Of a stretch of DNA of 64,000 nt, positions 48,395 through 59,190 are shown in pieces. Positions within the stretch are counted from its first letter, which is position 1. Each line of letters opens with the position of its first letter. Origin of the DNA: an uncultured Acidobacteriota bacterium (lineage in GTDB: Bacteria; Acidobacteriota; Blastocatellia; RBC074). The position numbers and the translations under genes are program-made. The notes beneath the pieces are model-generated. The model ran no database searches. It was given only the letters and a program-made list of their open reading frames with translations, and had not been told where the DNA came from. Where the stretch lies: the NCBI GenBank assembly GCA_963796275.1, contig CAWCKY010000007.1:928001-992000 (forward strand), written 5' to 3'.

Positions 48395-50623
48395 ATGAGG
48401 AATAGATTCATCCAAAACCATTTAGATATTGCCGCAAAAGCGATGCTCGGGATTGTGTTACTGGCTTGCCAAAACGCCCGAGCCCAAAATACTGGCCATG
48501 TGCCCCAATCCCCCTCTAGGAGTTCAGTCTATCAGGACCTCACTGCAGTGCAGCGTCCTGGTAATCGCCTCCCTGCCCCTGTCAAACGCACCGTCAATCG
48601 GCGCTCCGCCCCTGTCAAACCTAGCAGCCAACATCCGCCTTCCCCTACCAATATCCCTACCACGATTACCGCCTCAGCCCCGACCAAAAGCCGACAATTG
48701 GATGTCAAAGAGATTCGCAGCGGCGGCGCGCTCGACGGGCGCGGTAAACTCTGGGCCGTCGTGATCGGCGTCTCGACTTACAAGAACCTCGCTCCCAAAG
48801 ATCAACTCGAATTCGCCCATCGCGACGCCTCTGATTTCGCGGATTTCCTCCGCAGCCCGAACGGCGGCGGCTTCCCCTCCAACCAGCTCATGCTGCTGAC
48901 CAATCAGACGGCGACTCTTTCAGCGATGCGCAGCGCGCTCGGAACAACTCTGCCACGAATGGTCGAGCCCGATGATATGGTCATCATATTCTTCGCTGGT
49001 CACGGCGTTGTCGAAGGTGCGATCGATGGATACCTGCTAGCCCACGATTCCGACCCGCAGAACCTCTACGCCACTGCATTGCAACTCTCCGAACTCAATC
49101 GCATCGTCACGGAGAGGGTGAAAGCACGCTCTGTCATCCTGATCACCGACGCGTGTCATTCCGGGCGCCTGGGATGGGCCGCGCGCAGCACAGGCGAATC
49201 GTCGATTCTCGTCAATCGGTACCTGGACGATGTTGGCAGAAACGGCAAGGGGATAATCCGTCTGCTCGCCTCCCGCGCCGATCAACTGAGTTATGAGGAC
49301 AAACGATTCGGCGGCGGCCATGGAGTCTTCACATGGTTTCTGCTGGAAGCGTTGAGAGGCAAGGGAGACGCCGACGCGGACGGGTTCGTTCGTATGGGCG
49401 AACTGCTAGACTATCTGTCGGAGACCGTGCCGAAGGCCACGCAGTCGCTCCAGCATCCGCGCGCCGTGGGAGATATCGACAGGCGGCTGCCGCTCTCGGT
49501 TCTTACCGCCAGCGCACCGAAGATCAGCGAAAACGTCTCCTCGCCTGAAAGGACGGTCGCGCTCGAAGTACGAGGCGCACCCGGGATTGAGGTTTATCTC
49601 GACAGCGCATTTCGCGGCCACATTCTGCCGAGCGGCGTCTTGATGATCGAACGGCTCAAACCGGGCGACTACGATCTCTCGTTCATCTCGCGCAGCATCG
49701 ATCCCATTTCTCAGAAAGTATCGCTGACCGCCGCGACGACTGTTTTCAACGTCGATAGGAGCGCCGCCTTCTCACCGCTGGTCTTGCAGATAAAGAAGAC
49801 GCTCAAAGAAGGCGACGTACGCGGTGCATTCGATCTTTATCAGAAGTTTATCAAGGCATATCCGGAGTCTCCGCAGCGCGCTTCGATCGAAATGGCGCTC
49901 ACCAACGTTTTTGAATCGGTCGGGCAGAAGGCGATCAACGCTTATGTGAAGACATCTAGCACAGAGCATAACCGCGTGATGTTCTATGAAGCCGCTGAAG
50001 CTTACAGGATGATGAAGACAATACAGCCTACTATAACCCGTGAGAACGAGGCTAAATACTCCTTCTGCATAGGCCAGTCCATGATAGAGGAACTGCGTTA
50101 CGAGAATGCGGTTACGCAGCTCAACCAAGCAGTTACCCTCGATCCACGAGCAGCCTATGCTCACTATGCTCTCGGGCAAGCCTATCATTGGCTTAAAGAG
50201 CAAGATATGGCCCTCGGCTCGTTAAAGCGCGCCGCACAACTCTCTCCCGCCTGGGCTTCGCCTCGGATTCAGCTGGGCGCGGTTTATCTCGATCAAGGAA
50301 TGATGGATGAAGCTATAGCGGCGTTGAACGAAGCGGCGCGTCTTGATCCGTTGAACTATGTGCCGCGGGAAGAACTGTCGCGCCTGTACCTAAAGGAGGG
50401 AAACATAGAGGAGGCAACACTGGAGGCAGAGAAGGCTATCAGCCTGGGTTCGAACACGGGAATCTCGCATCTGGTACAGGGGCAGGTTTATGAGAAGATG
50501 AAGGCCTGGAAGCCCGCGGCGGACTCATACGAGAAAGGATTGCGGCTGAACCCCAGTATTAGCAAGGATGAATGGAAGGATTTTGCGAAGCGGATGAAAA
50601 AGTGCCGCGAGAAACTGAACTGA
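48395..50623 (+). CDS. Caspase-family (C14) peptidase with PEGA-like domain and TPRs
   Basis: WAVVIGVSTY, FFAGHG, ITDACHSG, GHGVFT; C-terminal TPRs; N-terminal signal-like segment. Confidence 0.9.
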   Translation: MRNRFIQNHLDIAAKAMLGIVLLACQNARAQNTGHVPQSPSRSSVYQDLTAVQRPGNRLPAPVKRTVNRRSAPVKPSSQHPPSPTNIPTTITASAPTKSRQLDVKEIRSGGALDGRGKLWAVVIGVSTYKNLAPKDQLEFAHRDASDFADFLRSPNGGGFPSNQLMLLTNQTATLSAMRSALGTTLPRMVEPDDMVIIFFAGHGVVEGAIDGYLLAHDSDPQNLYATALQLSELNRIVTERVKARSVILITDACHSGRLGWAARSTGESSILVNRYLDDVGRNGKGIIRLLASRADQLSYEDKRFGGGHGVFTWFLLEALRGKGDADADGFVRMGELLDYLSETVPKATQSLQHPRAVGDIDRRLPLSVLTASAPKISENVSSPERTVALEVRGAPGIEVYLDSAFRGHILPSGVLMIERLKPGDYDLSFISRSIDPISQKVSLTAATTVFNVDRSAAFSPLVLQIKKTLKEGDVRGAFDLYQKFIKAYPESPQRASIEMALTNVFESVGQKAINAYVKTSSTEHNRVMFYEAAEAYRMMKTIQPTITRENEAKYSFCIGQSMIEELRYENAVTQLNQAVTLDPRAAYAHYALGQAYHWLKEQDMALGSLKRAAQLSPAWASPRIQLGAVYLDQGMMDEAIAALNEAARLDPLNYVPREELSRLYLKEGNIEEATLEAEKAISLGSNTGISHLVQGQVYEKMKAWKPAADSYEKGLRLNPSISKDEWKDFAKRMKKCREKLN

Positions 50624-50794
50624 CGCCCGGGATATAGCGAAATTGTCATGAACGAGTAGAAAAATAATGGGAAAATAATGGAGAGGGAGATGTAGACAAA
50701 AAGTACGCCACAATCTACGCTTGCATCACAGTTAACAATAGTGTATTTCTAAATCTCTTCACACCCCGTGATCATTACTTTGGAGGTTCATATT

Positions 50795-51199
50795 ATGCAT
50801 TCTGGTGCGCGGCAGACCCTTGGACTGCTGTTTTTTTCATTACTGCTTACTATTTTCGTATTCCCGTCATCTCTCCAGGCACAATCGCATGTAGTCAGCC
50901 CTACCGATATCCACACGGAACTGGTTAACGCTACCAAGACGAGGCAGAAGAATCTGGAAAAAGCGCAAAGTATCTTCTCTTCGAATAAGGCGAAAAATGC
51001 CCTGGAATCTGCTCATATGAATCCTGAGCAGATAACTGGGGCTGTTTCGACTCTGAGCGACGCCGAGCTGGCGCGACTGGCTTCCCGGGCGGACAAGCTC
51101 GAGCGAGACTTGGCGGCAGGCGCGCTGTCTGACCGAGACCTGCTGATCATTCTTCTTGGGATCGCCGCGCTCGTATTGATCATCGTCGCAGTGCGATAA
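50795..51199 (+). CDS. PA2779-like exported small protein
   Basis: Signal peptide; AVSTLSDAELARLA..AAG followed by a hydrophobic C-terminal tail. Confidence 0.65.
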   Translation: MHSGARQTLGLLFFSLLLTIFVFPSSLQAQSHVVSPTDIHTELVNATKTRQKNLEKAQSIFSSNKAKNALESAHMNPEQITGAVSTLSDAELARLASRADKLERDLAAGALSDRDLLIILLGIAALVLIIVAVR

Positions 51200-51209
51200 G
51201 AATGACTAA

Positions 51210-51770
51210 ATGATGTCCTGTCGATTCGCTATCTTGGTTGTCTCGTTCGTCTATTTCTGTTGTGTAATGCCAGCTGCAGGATCGGATGAGATATGGGTTG
51301 ACGTTCCGTACGTCAAGCAGGAGAAGAACGGCTGCGGAGCGGCGACCATCGCGATGGTGATGCAATATTGGCTGAACAAGCGGCTGGATCGCCCGGCGGA
51401 TGTTGGCGCAGTCGACGCGATCAAGATACATCGGGATATCTATGATCCCGATGCCAAAGGTATCTACGCATCGGCAATGGAACGTTATTTCCGGCAACAC
51501 GGATTCCGCACATTCTCGTTTCGCGGCGAGTGGAGCGATCTCCACCAACATCTCATAAAGGGACGTCCGTTGATTGTCGCCCTCAAACCGTCGGGAGCTG
51601 GCAGTCCCCTTCATTATGTCGTCGTATCCGGAATGGATAAGGAGCGTGGGTTTGTATTGTTGAATGACCCCGCAAGACGAAAGCTGCTCAAACAAGACCG
51701 GTCCGACTTTGAAAAACAATGGGCCGCTACCGACAACTGGACGTTGCTGGCTTTACCTCAGTCCAATTAG
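51210..51770 (+). CDS. C39-like cysteine peptidase
   Basis: VPYVKQEKNGCGAATIAMV, LHYVVVSG, LNDP. Confidence 0.85.
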   Translation: MMSCRFAILVVSFVYFCCVMPAAGSDEIWVDVPYVKQEKNGCGAATIAMVMQYWLNKRLDRPADVGAVDAIKIHRDIYDPDAKGIYASAMERYFRQHGFRTFSFRGEWSDLHQHLIKGRPLIVALKPSGAGSPLHYVVVSGMDKERGFVLLNDPARRKLLKQDRSDFEKQWAATDNWTLLALPQSN

Positions 51771-51775
51771 CGCTG

Positions 51776-53486
51776 ATGAAGATCGCTGTCGTCCTTCTTA
51801 TCCTTATAACTTCATTCCTTCCCCTCAGGGCTCAAAATTCGATCTCCGATCTTCAGCGTTATGCTGAGGTCAAAGGGCTCCTCACCGAAGAACGCTGGCT
51901 AGAGATCATCCAGCTTGCTGAGGCCGAATCTGAGCGTACCCCAGAATCTTATATTTTATTATGGTACAGCGTTGTTCCGCCTGGGACGCTGGGATGATGC
52001 CAGGCAAGCATTTCTGAAAGGTCACAGCCTGAACCCCGGCGATAAACGATTTCTTCTTGAGCTGGCCGGGATATCATTCAAGCAAAAGAATTATACTGAT
52101 GCGGCAGATTATTTGCGCCGGGCGCTGCGGCTAGACCCCTCGGATGGTTACGCTCACGATTTTCTGGCGAGCGTTTACTTCCTGCAGGGAAATCTCGAAG
52201 CTGCGGTGAAGAACTGGAATAACATCTCAAAGCCGCAAATCGAGGCGGTGCGGATCGAACCGGCCCAAAGTGTCGATCCGGTTCTGCTCGATCGCGCATT
52301 TGCCCTCGCCCCGGCTTCTATGCTGAGCCTTTCCCAGTTGCAAACCACCAAAGCGAGAGTCGATGGCCTTCATATCTTTACGCATTACCGAATCGATCTC
52401 GAAGCACGTCCGGATGGTAATTTCGATGCGGTATTCCGAGCTCGAGAGCGACACGGTTGGGGGAACTCAAAATGGGAAGGGCTTTTTTCCTTGCTTCGCG
52501 GTCTACCTTTTCAATCCATCAATCCGGAATACTTAAATATCGGGCATCGCGCCATTAGCTTTGAATCGATGTTCCGGTGGGATGCTGATAAGCGGCGTAT
52601 ACGCGCCAATTTGTCGGGTCCATTCAGAAATGATCCGAAGCGACGTTATCGGTTCGAATTTGATCTGCGCAATGAGAATTGGGATATACTCAGTTCATTG
52701 AACGATACTGCGCCGCTGCTCGGTCGTTTCAATATGCGGAGGCAGGCGGTTACCGCCGATATCACTTCGATCGAAAATGGCAGATTTAACTGGTCCACGG
52801 GGGTTGAACTATCCAACCGCGATTTTCGGGACGTTTATGCCGGGGCGACTCTGACCCCGCAACTTCTGGCGGGCGGTTTCCAACTTAAGCATCTGGGAGA
52901 ACTCAATTATAAGATGGTGAGTTTACCGGATCGGAAATTTAGTGTTCTTGCCACCGCTTCGACAGAAGTCGGAAGAATATTGTCACAGCCGTCACAGGCT
53001 TTTGCCAGACTCCAGTCATCCCTGCTGGCCGATTGGCAACCGCAAGCCAAGGGCGACGATTATGAAATGTATGCGAGGATATATTCGGGCAGGACTTTGG
53101 GGTATCCATCATTCGATGAACTGTTCATTCTCGGCGTCGAACGCGACAACAACCTTTGGCTGAGAGCGCACGTTGGAACTCGAGACGGCCGCAAAGGCAG
53201 CGCTCCGCTGGGCCGAAACTATATCCTCTCCAATTGGGAGATGGATAAAAATCTCTACAGCAATGAATTGTTAAACTTCAAGCTGGGTCCTTTCGTGGAC
53301 AGCGGCAAGGTCACGGGATCATCATTCGGGGTGGGATCGAAGACATGGCTGTGGGATGTGGGAGTTCAAACCAAGGTCCGAATGCTCGGCGTTGGAGTCG
53401 CTTTCTCCTATGGTAAGGACCTGCGCTCAGGTAATAATGCGTTCTATGTCTCGATGTTTCAATGGAACTCATCATCGTCAAACTAA
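51776..53486 (+). CDS. TPR plus outer-membrane beta-barrel-like protein, frameshifted at ~51945
   Basis: Signal MKIAVVLLILITSF in one frame continues as LIFYYGTALFRLGRW (TPR) in the next; C-terminal beta strands (PFVDSG, FSYGKDL..FYVS). Confidence 0.7.
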
Positions 53487-53605
53487 ATCAAACTACGACG
53501 AACATTGGTGCAGTACCGGGACAGTAACCAATCATAAGCTCCACATCACATAACCTTGTCATCAAATTTCTAACGGATTTTGTGGCATCTGCCCGAAGGG
53601 CAGAG

Positions 53606-53653
53606 AGATGGTAGCCAGGGGTTGAGCGCGTAGCGCGAACCCCCTGGCTATCT
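53606..53653. repeat. REP-like hairpin
   Basis: tagccaggggttgagcgcgtagcgcgaaccccctggcta inverted repeat. Confidence 0.6.
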
Positions 53654-53906
53654 TCTTAACTCCCTTCGGGATTATGATCCTTAATTCAATACAATTCGGA
53701 TTGGGAATTCCCAAATACCAGACAGACTGTTATCCGGTGGATAGGAGAAATGTTTTCAATAAGTTTTCATCGCCAGTCTACTATTCAGCCTGACGCGATA
53801 AAACCCGGATGCTCATTACCGTCGAACGCAAAAAGTGCTACCATCTATAATCTACAATCTGCTGTATCAATAGTAATTTACACTTTTCTAACTGGTATTA
53901 TCTTCG

Positions 53907-55022
53907 ATGTCTAAGCGAATCGTTCTCTTCTTGCTACTGACATACATGAGTTTATCCTGCGGCACGCAGAAGAGTGCGGAGAATACTGAATCAGCAGCAA
54001 ATACAACCGGACTTCCGGTAGCGATCGACGCGCCGCTCGGGTTGCCGCAGGTCCCAATTCCGATCGATAACCGAACCACGACCGAATCAATCGCGCTCGG
54101 GCGCAAACTCTTCTACGATGTCAGGCTTTCCCGAAACAACTCGCTCTCCTGCGCCAGTTGTCACAACCCGGCCCTGCGCTTCGCCGATGGTCTGGCAGTG
54201 GCGAAAGGGATCGACGGTCAACTTGGCACGCGAAATACTCCAACTCTGCTCAATGCTGTTTATAACAACGGGCAATTCTGGGACGGGCGCGTAGATAGCC
54301 TTGAGCAACAGGCGGGTAATCCGATTGCCAGCCCGAGGGAGATGGATCAACCGCACGAGGTTTGCCTCACCAAACTCACCGCTGATCAGACTTATAAAGA
54401 GGCATTCGCGCAAGCGTTCGGACCGGGGTTGATTACAATGGACAAGGTCGTGAAAGCCATAGCAGGCTTTGAGCGAACTTTGCTCAGCGGGAATTCCCCT
54501 TTCGATCGATATGAGTACGGTGGTGATAAAACATCGCTCGACGCCGCAGCCATTCGCGGATTCGCGATCTTCACAGACAAGACCAGAGGGAATTGTTCGT
54601 CCTGTCACACTGTCGGAGAGAAGTTCGCTTTATTCACCGATGGTAAATTTCATAACATCGGCGCCGGGATGAACTCAGATGGCGAATTGACGGATATGGG
54701 TCGTTACACGCATACAGGTTCCGATACCGACCGCGGCGCGTTCCGTACTCCGAGCCTGCGAAACGTCGCGAAGACCGCACCTTACATGCACGATGGCAGT
54801 TTGAAGACGCTCAAAGACGTCGTAGATTTTTATGTGGGTGGCGGCAATTCCAATCCTCAATTGGATAGAGAGATAATTCCGCTCAAATTATCATCGCAGG
54901 ATCGTCGTGACCTTGTCATTTTTCTTGAAGCGCTAACAGGGGATATTCCCTCCAATGCGGGGCCCCCTGGAAGGGACGAACAGAATTTGGGACAAGGAGA
55001 TAATGGGATAAGGAGAGAGTAA
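53907..55022 (+). CDS. Di-heme cytochrome c peroxidase/MauG family lipoprotein
   Basis: CASCH, RNTPTL, QFWDGR, CSSCH, FRTPSLRNV..TAPYMHDG; lipobox-like LSC. Confidence 0.9.
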   Translation: MSKRIVLFLLLTYMSLSCGTQKSAENTESAANTTGLPVAIDAPLGLPQVPIPIDNRTTTESIALGRKLFYDVRLSRNNSLSCASCHNPALRFADGLAVAKGIDGQLGTRNTPTLLNAVYNNGQFWDGRVDSLEQQAGNPIASPREMDQPHEVCLTKLTADQTYKEAFAQAFGPGLITMDKVVKAIAGFERTLLSGNSPFDRYEYGGDKTSLDAAAIRGFAIFTDKTRGNCSSCHTVGEKFALFTDGKFHNIGAGMNSDGELTDMGRYTHTGSDTDRGAFRTPSLRNVAKTAPYMHDGSLKTLKDVVDFYVGGGNSNPQLDREIIPLKLSSQDRRDLVIFLEALTGDIPSNAGPPGRDEQNLGQGDNGIRRE

Positions 55023-55030
55023 AGGTTCTT

Positions 55031-55822
55031 ATGATAGGCCGCGCCAAACCGATAGCAGTCTTGATCTTTTTTACCTGTATGACCGCCCTCATTGCGGGGT
55101 CGGCGTGCAGGAGTTCAAACCAACCCGCACCAGCTGAAACAGCCTTGTTTAAAGTCGATCCGAATACCGCGGGAACTCTGAACGGCAAGGCGTTGTTTAA
55201 CGGAAAAAAGCCGCCGCAAAAACAGATCGATATGGACGAAGAGCCTTCATGCGCGAAGCTACATCAAAGCGCTGTTTTCGATGAGGTCATCAAAATCAAC
55301 AATAATGGAACGCTCGCCAATGTCTTCGTTTATATCAAGCAGGGACTGGAAGGTAAAAAGTTTGAGCCTCCCGCAGATCCTGTGTTGATCGACCAGCAGG
55401 GATGCTGGTTCAACCCGCGAGTTCTTGGTATTCAAGTGGGGCAGACATTAAGAGTATCGAACTCCGATCCGCTGACGCATAACATCCATCCGCTCGCACA
55501 GGTCAATCGTGACTGGAATCAAAGCCAGGCGCCGGGGGCGGCTCCACTCAATCGCAGGTTCGCGCAACCCGAAGTAATGATCCGCGTGAAGTGCAACATT
55601 CATTCCTGGATGCACGCGTGGATTGGTTCGGTCGCCCATCCCTATTTCGCCGTGACCGGGGAGGACGGTTCATTCCAACTCCGTAATGTCCCGCCGGGCA
55701 ATTACACGATCGAGGCCTGGCAGGAAGGGTTGGGCAGGCGGGAACAGCAGGTTACGCTCGAGCCTTCCGAGGTGAGAGAAATAGATTTCAAGTTCGAGGG
55801 GGAGAATGATTATCAGAAATAA
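55031..55822 (+). CDS. Cupredoxin-like / carboxypeptidase-regulatory domain lipoprotein
   Basis: IDQQGCWFNPRV, NSDPLTHNIH, KCNIHSWM, NVPPGNYTIEAW. Confidence 0.75.
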   Translation: MIGRAKPIAVLIFFTCMTALIAGSACRSSNQPAPAETALFKVDPNTAGTLNGKALFNGKKPPQKQIDMDEEPSCAKLHQSAVFDEVIKINNNGTLANVFVYIKQGLEGKKFEPPADPVLIDQQGCWFNPRVLGIQVGQTLRVSNSDPLTHNIHPLAQVNRDWNQSQAPGAAPLNRRFAQPEVMIRVKCNIHSWMHAWIGSVAHPYFAVTGEDGSFQLRNVPPGNYTIEAWQEGLGRREQQVTLEPSEVREIDFKFEGENDYQK

Positions 55823-56897
55823 GCACACACATATTTTAACCGCCGTTTTCCTCACAATGTTCGTTGCGGCCTGCTCAACTGGTCCGTCGTCAAAAGATGG
55901 AGGCGCTACGCAGCCGGCGCCTGTAAGCGAATGGAAATCCGGATACCGTGTTTATATTACGAACGAGTCTTCTGGTGATCTCAGCATTATCGATGGTTCA
56001 ACGCTGGAGATCATTGCAACAGTCCCGCTCGGAAAACGACCGCGCGGCATTCACGCCAGTCCCGACAAGCGTACGATCTTCGTAGCCTTGAGCGGATCGC
56101 CGCCCGCCCCGCCGGGCGTGGACGAAAGCACACTACCGCCTCCTGATAAGAGTGCGGATGGTATCGGAGTCTTCGACGTCGATCAGAATAATCTGGTGCG
56201 TGTGATCGAGGGCGGCTCGGACCCTGAGAATTTCGATGTGAGCCGCGACGGAGCCACAATCTTCGTTTCCAACGAGGATATTTCCGCCGTCAGTTTCATT
56301 GAAGTAGCCACGGGAAAACTTATTAAGACTATAACAGGGCTGGGCGGCGAACCCGAAGGCGTCACGCTCGCTCCGGACGGTAAGCTGGTCTATGTCACGA
56401 CGGAAGCCGATGGTGCTATCTCCGTCATAGACGTGAACGAAGCTAAACTAATCAAAAGTTTTAAAGTCGGCCGCCGCCCGCGCAATATCGTTTTTCTTCC
56501 CGATGGGAAGAGAGCTTATGTCAACGCGGAAAATGATGGCGGCATTGTCCTTCTCGATACACAGAAGAACGAGAAGATGCAGGCGATTCCGCTCGGCCCT
56601 CCTGGCGAGATCAAACCGATGGGGTTGGCGCTATCCCCTGATTCCGGGAAACTCTATGTTAGCTCGGGCCGCGGACGTAAGGTGTTTGTAGTCGATACGG
56701 CAACGAATCAACCGCTCTCTTCATTTGAAGTCGGACTGCGACCGTGGGGCATCGCGGTCTCGCCCGATGGAAAGACGCTCTTCACAGCCAACGGGCCTTC
56801 GAACGACGTTTCTGTGGTAGATCTGAATAATCAGACGGTGACTAAAAAGATACCGGTGACGGGAAGTCCCTGGGGCGTCCTGATTATTGGGAGGTAG
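55806..56897 (+). CDS. YVTN/YncE-type beta-propeller lipoprotein
   Basis: YITNE, repeated P.G...SPDG..YV units. Confidence 0.85.
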   Translation: MIIRNKHTHILTAVFLTMFVAACSTGPSSKDGGATQPAPVSEWKSGYRVYITNESSGDLSIIDGSTLEIIATVPLGKRPRGIHASPDKRTIFVALSGSPPAPPGVDESTLPPPDKSADGIGVFDVDQNNLVRVIEGGSDPENFDVSRDGATIFVSNEDISAVSFIEVATGKLIKTITGLGGEPEGVTLAPDGKLVYVTTEADGAISVIDVNEAKLIKSFKVGRRPRNIVFLPDGKRAYVNAENDGGIVLLDTQKNEKMQAIPLGPPGEIKPMGLALSPDSGKLYVSSGRGRKVFVVDTATNQPLSSFEVGLRPWGIAVSPDGKTLFTANGPSNDVSVVDLNNQTVTKKIPVTGSPWGVLIIGR

Positions 56898-56900
56898 AGC

Positions 56901-59183
56901 CTATTGGGTGATGACAATTTCTCGTGCCGTCGTCTCTCGCCCTTGCGCGTCGACAACGTAGATAACGGTGCGGCCGGTTGAAAGCCCAGGTGGTAATTGG
57001 AAGCTGATCCGGTTTGACCCTTCCCACCAATGATCAGGTGGCGTAGAACCACCAGTGATCGTGTACGTCTTTACAAGCGTGCCGGTGGGAGAACCGGCAT
57101 ATTGCTCCACAATTACCTTATTTCCGCTATTCGTATGATTCCCACTATCTGAGAATCTGGTACCAGAGATAACTGCAACATCATTCTTACTGAACACGGT
57201 AGTGTTGGATACGGCATTCACGATGCCGTTCTTTGCTTTAAGGATTGGTGGGGGTGGATAGCCGCAGTTCTGCATTTGGCAGTTTTGCGATATTCCGATA
57301 GGCCAGTCGTTGGACTGTACATTTTGTGAGTCGGTGACATAAACGAGCGCCATACGATTGATCAAAATGTCGGTTGGCAATGTAACCTTGATCTGATTCG
57401 GCGATTGGAATGTCGGAGTGAGCACGTATGATTGCAGTGTGTTCCGGCCATCGATCTGTTCAATAAATATGGTATTTCCGGTGGCAGAAAATAGTTCGCC
57501 ATTTATCGTGATCTCATCTCCTGGATAATATTCGGTCAACTGATAAGGCCCCGCTTCAATAGAAGAAATCTTGGGACAAGTCGAGCACGTCAAATTGATA
57601 AGGATGCTGTTCGAGTCGATCGAGTTCGCGTCGGAGACGTATACGAGAGCAAGGCCGGGGCGTCGTGCGGGATTTATCGCCGCCCTGATTCGTGACGACG
57701 ATTGGCTGAGTATTCTACCAGTCAATCTCCTATTGCCCTGATCTAAATGTACGGTGTTGCCAGAGGGAGAGAAGGGATTGGCGGAACTCTGGCAGCAATC
57801 CGGACCGTAGATAGATAGTAGGCTGTCTGGATTGAGGTGAACTGGCCCGCCTCCTTGTTTGGAGTCGACCACGCCCGGAATTGATTCCGGCGGCGATGTA
57901 CGTAAGGCCGGACAGTTCGCGTGGACAGTTGCCTTTTGGTTATTTATGCGTTGCTGAAAAGTCGTAAAAGCCCTGGTTTGATTGAGCGACCCGTTGCGGA
58001 ATTTATAGAGACCAAATCCACCCCGGTCAGTAATGAATATCGGTGCATTATCGAGTATCTGCCACAAGATGACAAAGGAAGGGTGAAATGTTTCAGGGTC
58101 GAGTGGGTTCACTGCATCGAATATCTCATTGATGTAATTAGCGGTATTGCATTCGCCGTATATCTCCCGTGAAAAACCGAATTCGCCGATGATGAAGTTG
58201 GGTTGAGCTATCGTCGGACGAATAGATTTCACCTGGCTAAGCGCTATGTCGAGAGCCTTTTTTAGGACCATCTTGAGGCTGGCAGACGGATTATCAACTT
58301 TGACTGCCATGCTTCCCCAAGCGGAGTATGAGTAGTAATCGACGGTTACGTTTGGCGCAACATAATCAATCACACAGCGGTACTTATAGGGATCAGTAGT
58401 TAGCGGGTCTTCACCGGTTTGGGCTAATGTAGTTCCGCAAATCCGGCCATTCATCTCCACGGCATTGAATTCCAAACCGGAATAGAGCCTGGTTGTGCTG
58501 CTTGAATAGTCGGATCTGGCTAGAGCAACGCCGTCCGCTCTGGACTGAATCCAATCTCTATATGCGTCCCATGCGATTCTCTTATTCCTTACATGATCGA
58601 TCGCATTGTCTCCCTCCCAATTGAGAATTATGAAGGTCTTTCCAGCGAGGTTTGCATTGCTGAGCAAGTAAGCGCCCAATGCCCTGACTTCTTCTCTTTC
58701 GGCAGCATATTCGGCCGTTGTGAAGCCGTCAGCCCAGGCGTGGGCGTCATCGGCATTGGAATATGTCGTCAATAAATAATAATCGAAAGCTGGATTGGTA
58801 AATAGCGTATTGTAGGCAGCGTGTTGCGCGATCTGCGCCAGGGTGGCTCCCGACGGGAAATTTAGTTGATAGGATGTAGCCTGGCTCGGTCCCAGATAGA
58901 CGCGAATTGTGCGGCTCCCTGTTGCCTCGACTTTATCTGCACCATAGTTGAGTCGATCGCAGGGTGGAATGCAGGAAGGGGAGTCTATATTCCAATTATA
59001 GACTCCGAACCGCTGTGTCGTTGCGGTAGGAATAACAATTCCCTTCTCTACCGGAACAGTTCGGAATCGATTTTTTATTAAGTTGTAGTTGAGCAGGATC
59101 GCACACGCGAGGACAATCAGGAGGACGGCGATAGATATTGTTATTTTTTTTATCGAAATCCTGATGTCCTTTCTCGTTTGCAA
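56901..59183 (-). CDS. Membrane-anchored protein with putative glycoside-hydrolase-like barrel and IPT/TIG-like repeats
   Basis: N-terminal TM; NWEGD, DYYSYS, IIGEFG, LWQ; three F S..GN repeats each ending in YV.D... Confidence 0.55.
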   Translation of the reverse strand: MQTRKDIRISIKKITISIAVLLIVLACAILLNYNLIKNRFRTVPVEKGIVIPTATTQRFGVYNWNIDSPSCIPPCDRLNYGADKVEATGSRTIRVYLGPSQATSYQLNFPSGATLAQIAQHAAYNTLFTNPAFDYYLLTTYSNADDAHAWADGFTTAEYAAEREEVRALGAYLLSNANLAGKTFIILNWEGDNAIDHVRNKRIAWDAYRDWIQSRADGVALARSDYSSSTTRLYSGLEFNAVEMNGRICGTTLAQTGEDPLTTDPYKYRCVIDYVAPNVTVDYYSYSAWGSMAVKVDNPSASLKMVLKKALDIALSQVKSIRPTIAQPNFIIGEFGFSREIYGECNTANYINEIFDAVNPLDPETFHPSFVILWQILDNAPIFITDRGGFGLYKFRNGSLNQTRAFTTFQQRINNQKATVHANCPALRTSPPESIPGVVDSKQGGGPVHLNPDSLLSIYGPDCCQSSANPFSPSGNTVHLDQGNRRLTGRILSQSSSRIRAAINPARRPGLALVYVSDANSIDSNSILINLTCSTCPKISSIEAGPYQLTEYYPGDEITINGELFSATGNTIFIEQIDGRNTLQSYVLTPTFQSPNQIKVTLPTDILINRMALVYVTDSQNVQSNDWPIGISQNCQMQNCGYPPPPILKAKNGIVNAVSNTTVFSKNDVAVISGTRFSDSGNHTNSGNKVIVEQYAGSPTGTLVKTYTITGGSTPPDHWWEGSNRISFQLPPGLSTGRTVIYVVDAQGRETTAREIVITQ

Positions 59184-59190
59184 ATAAGGG

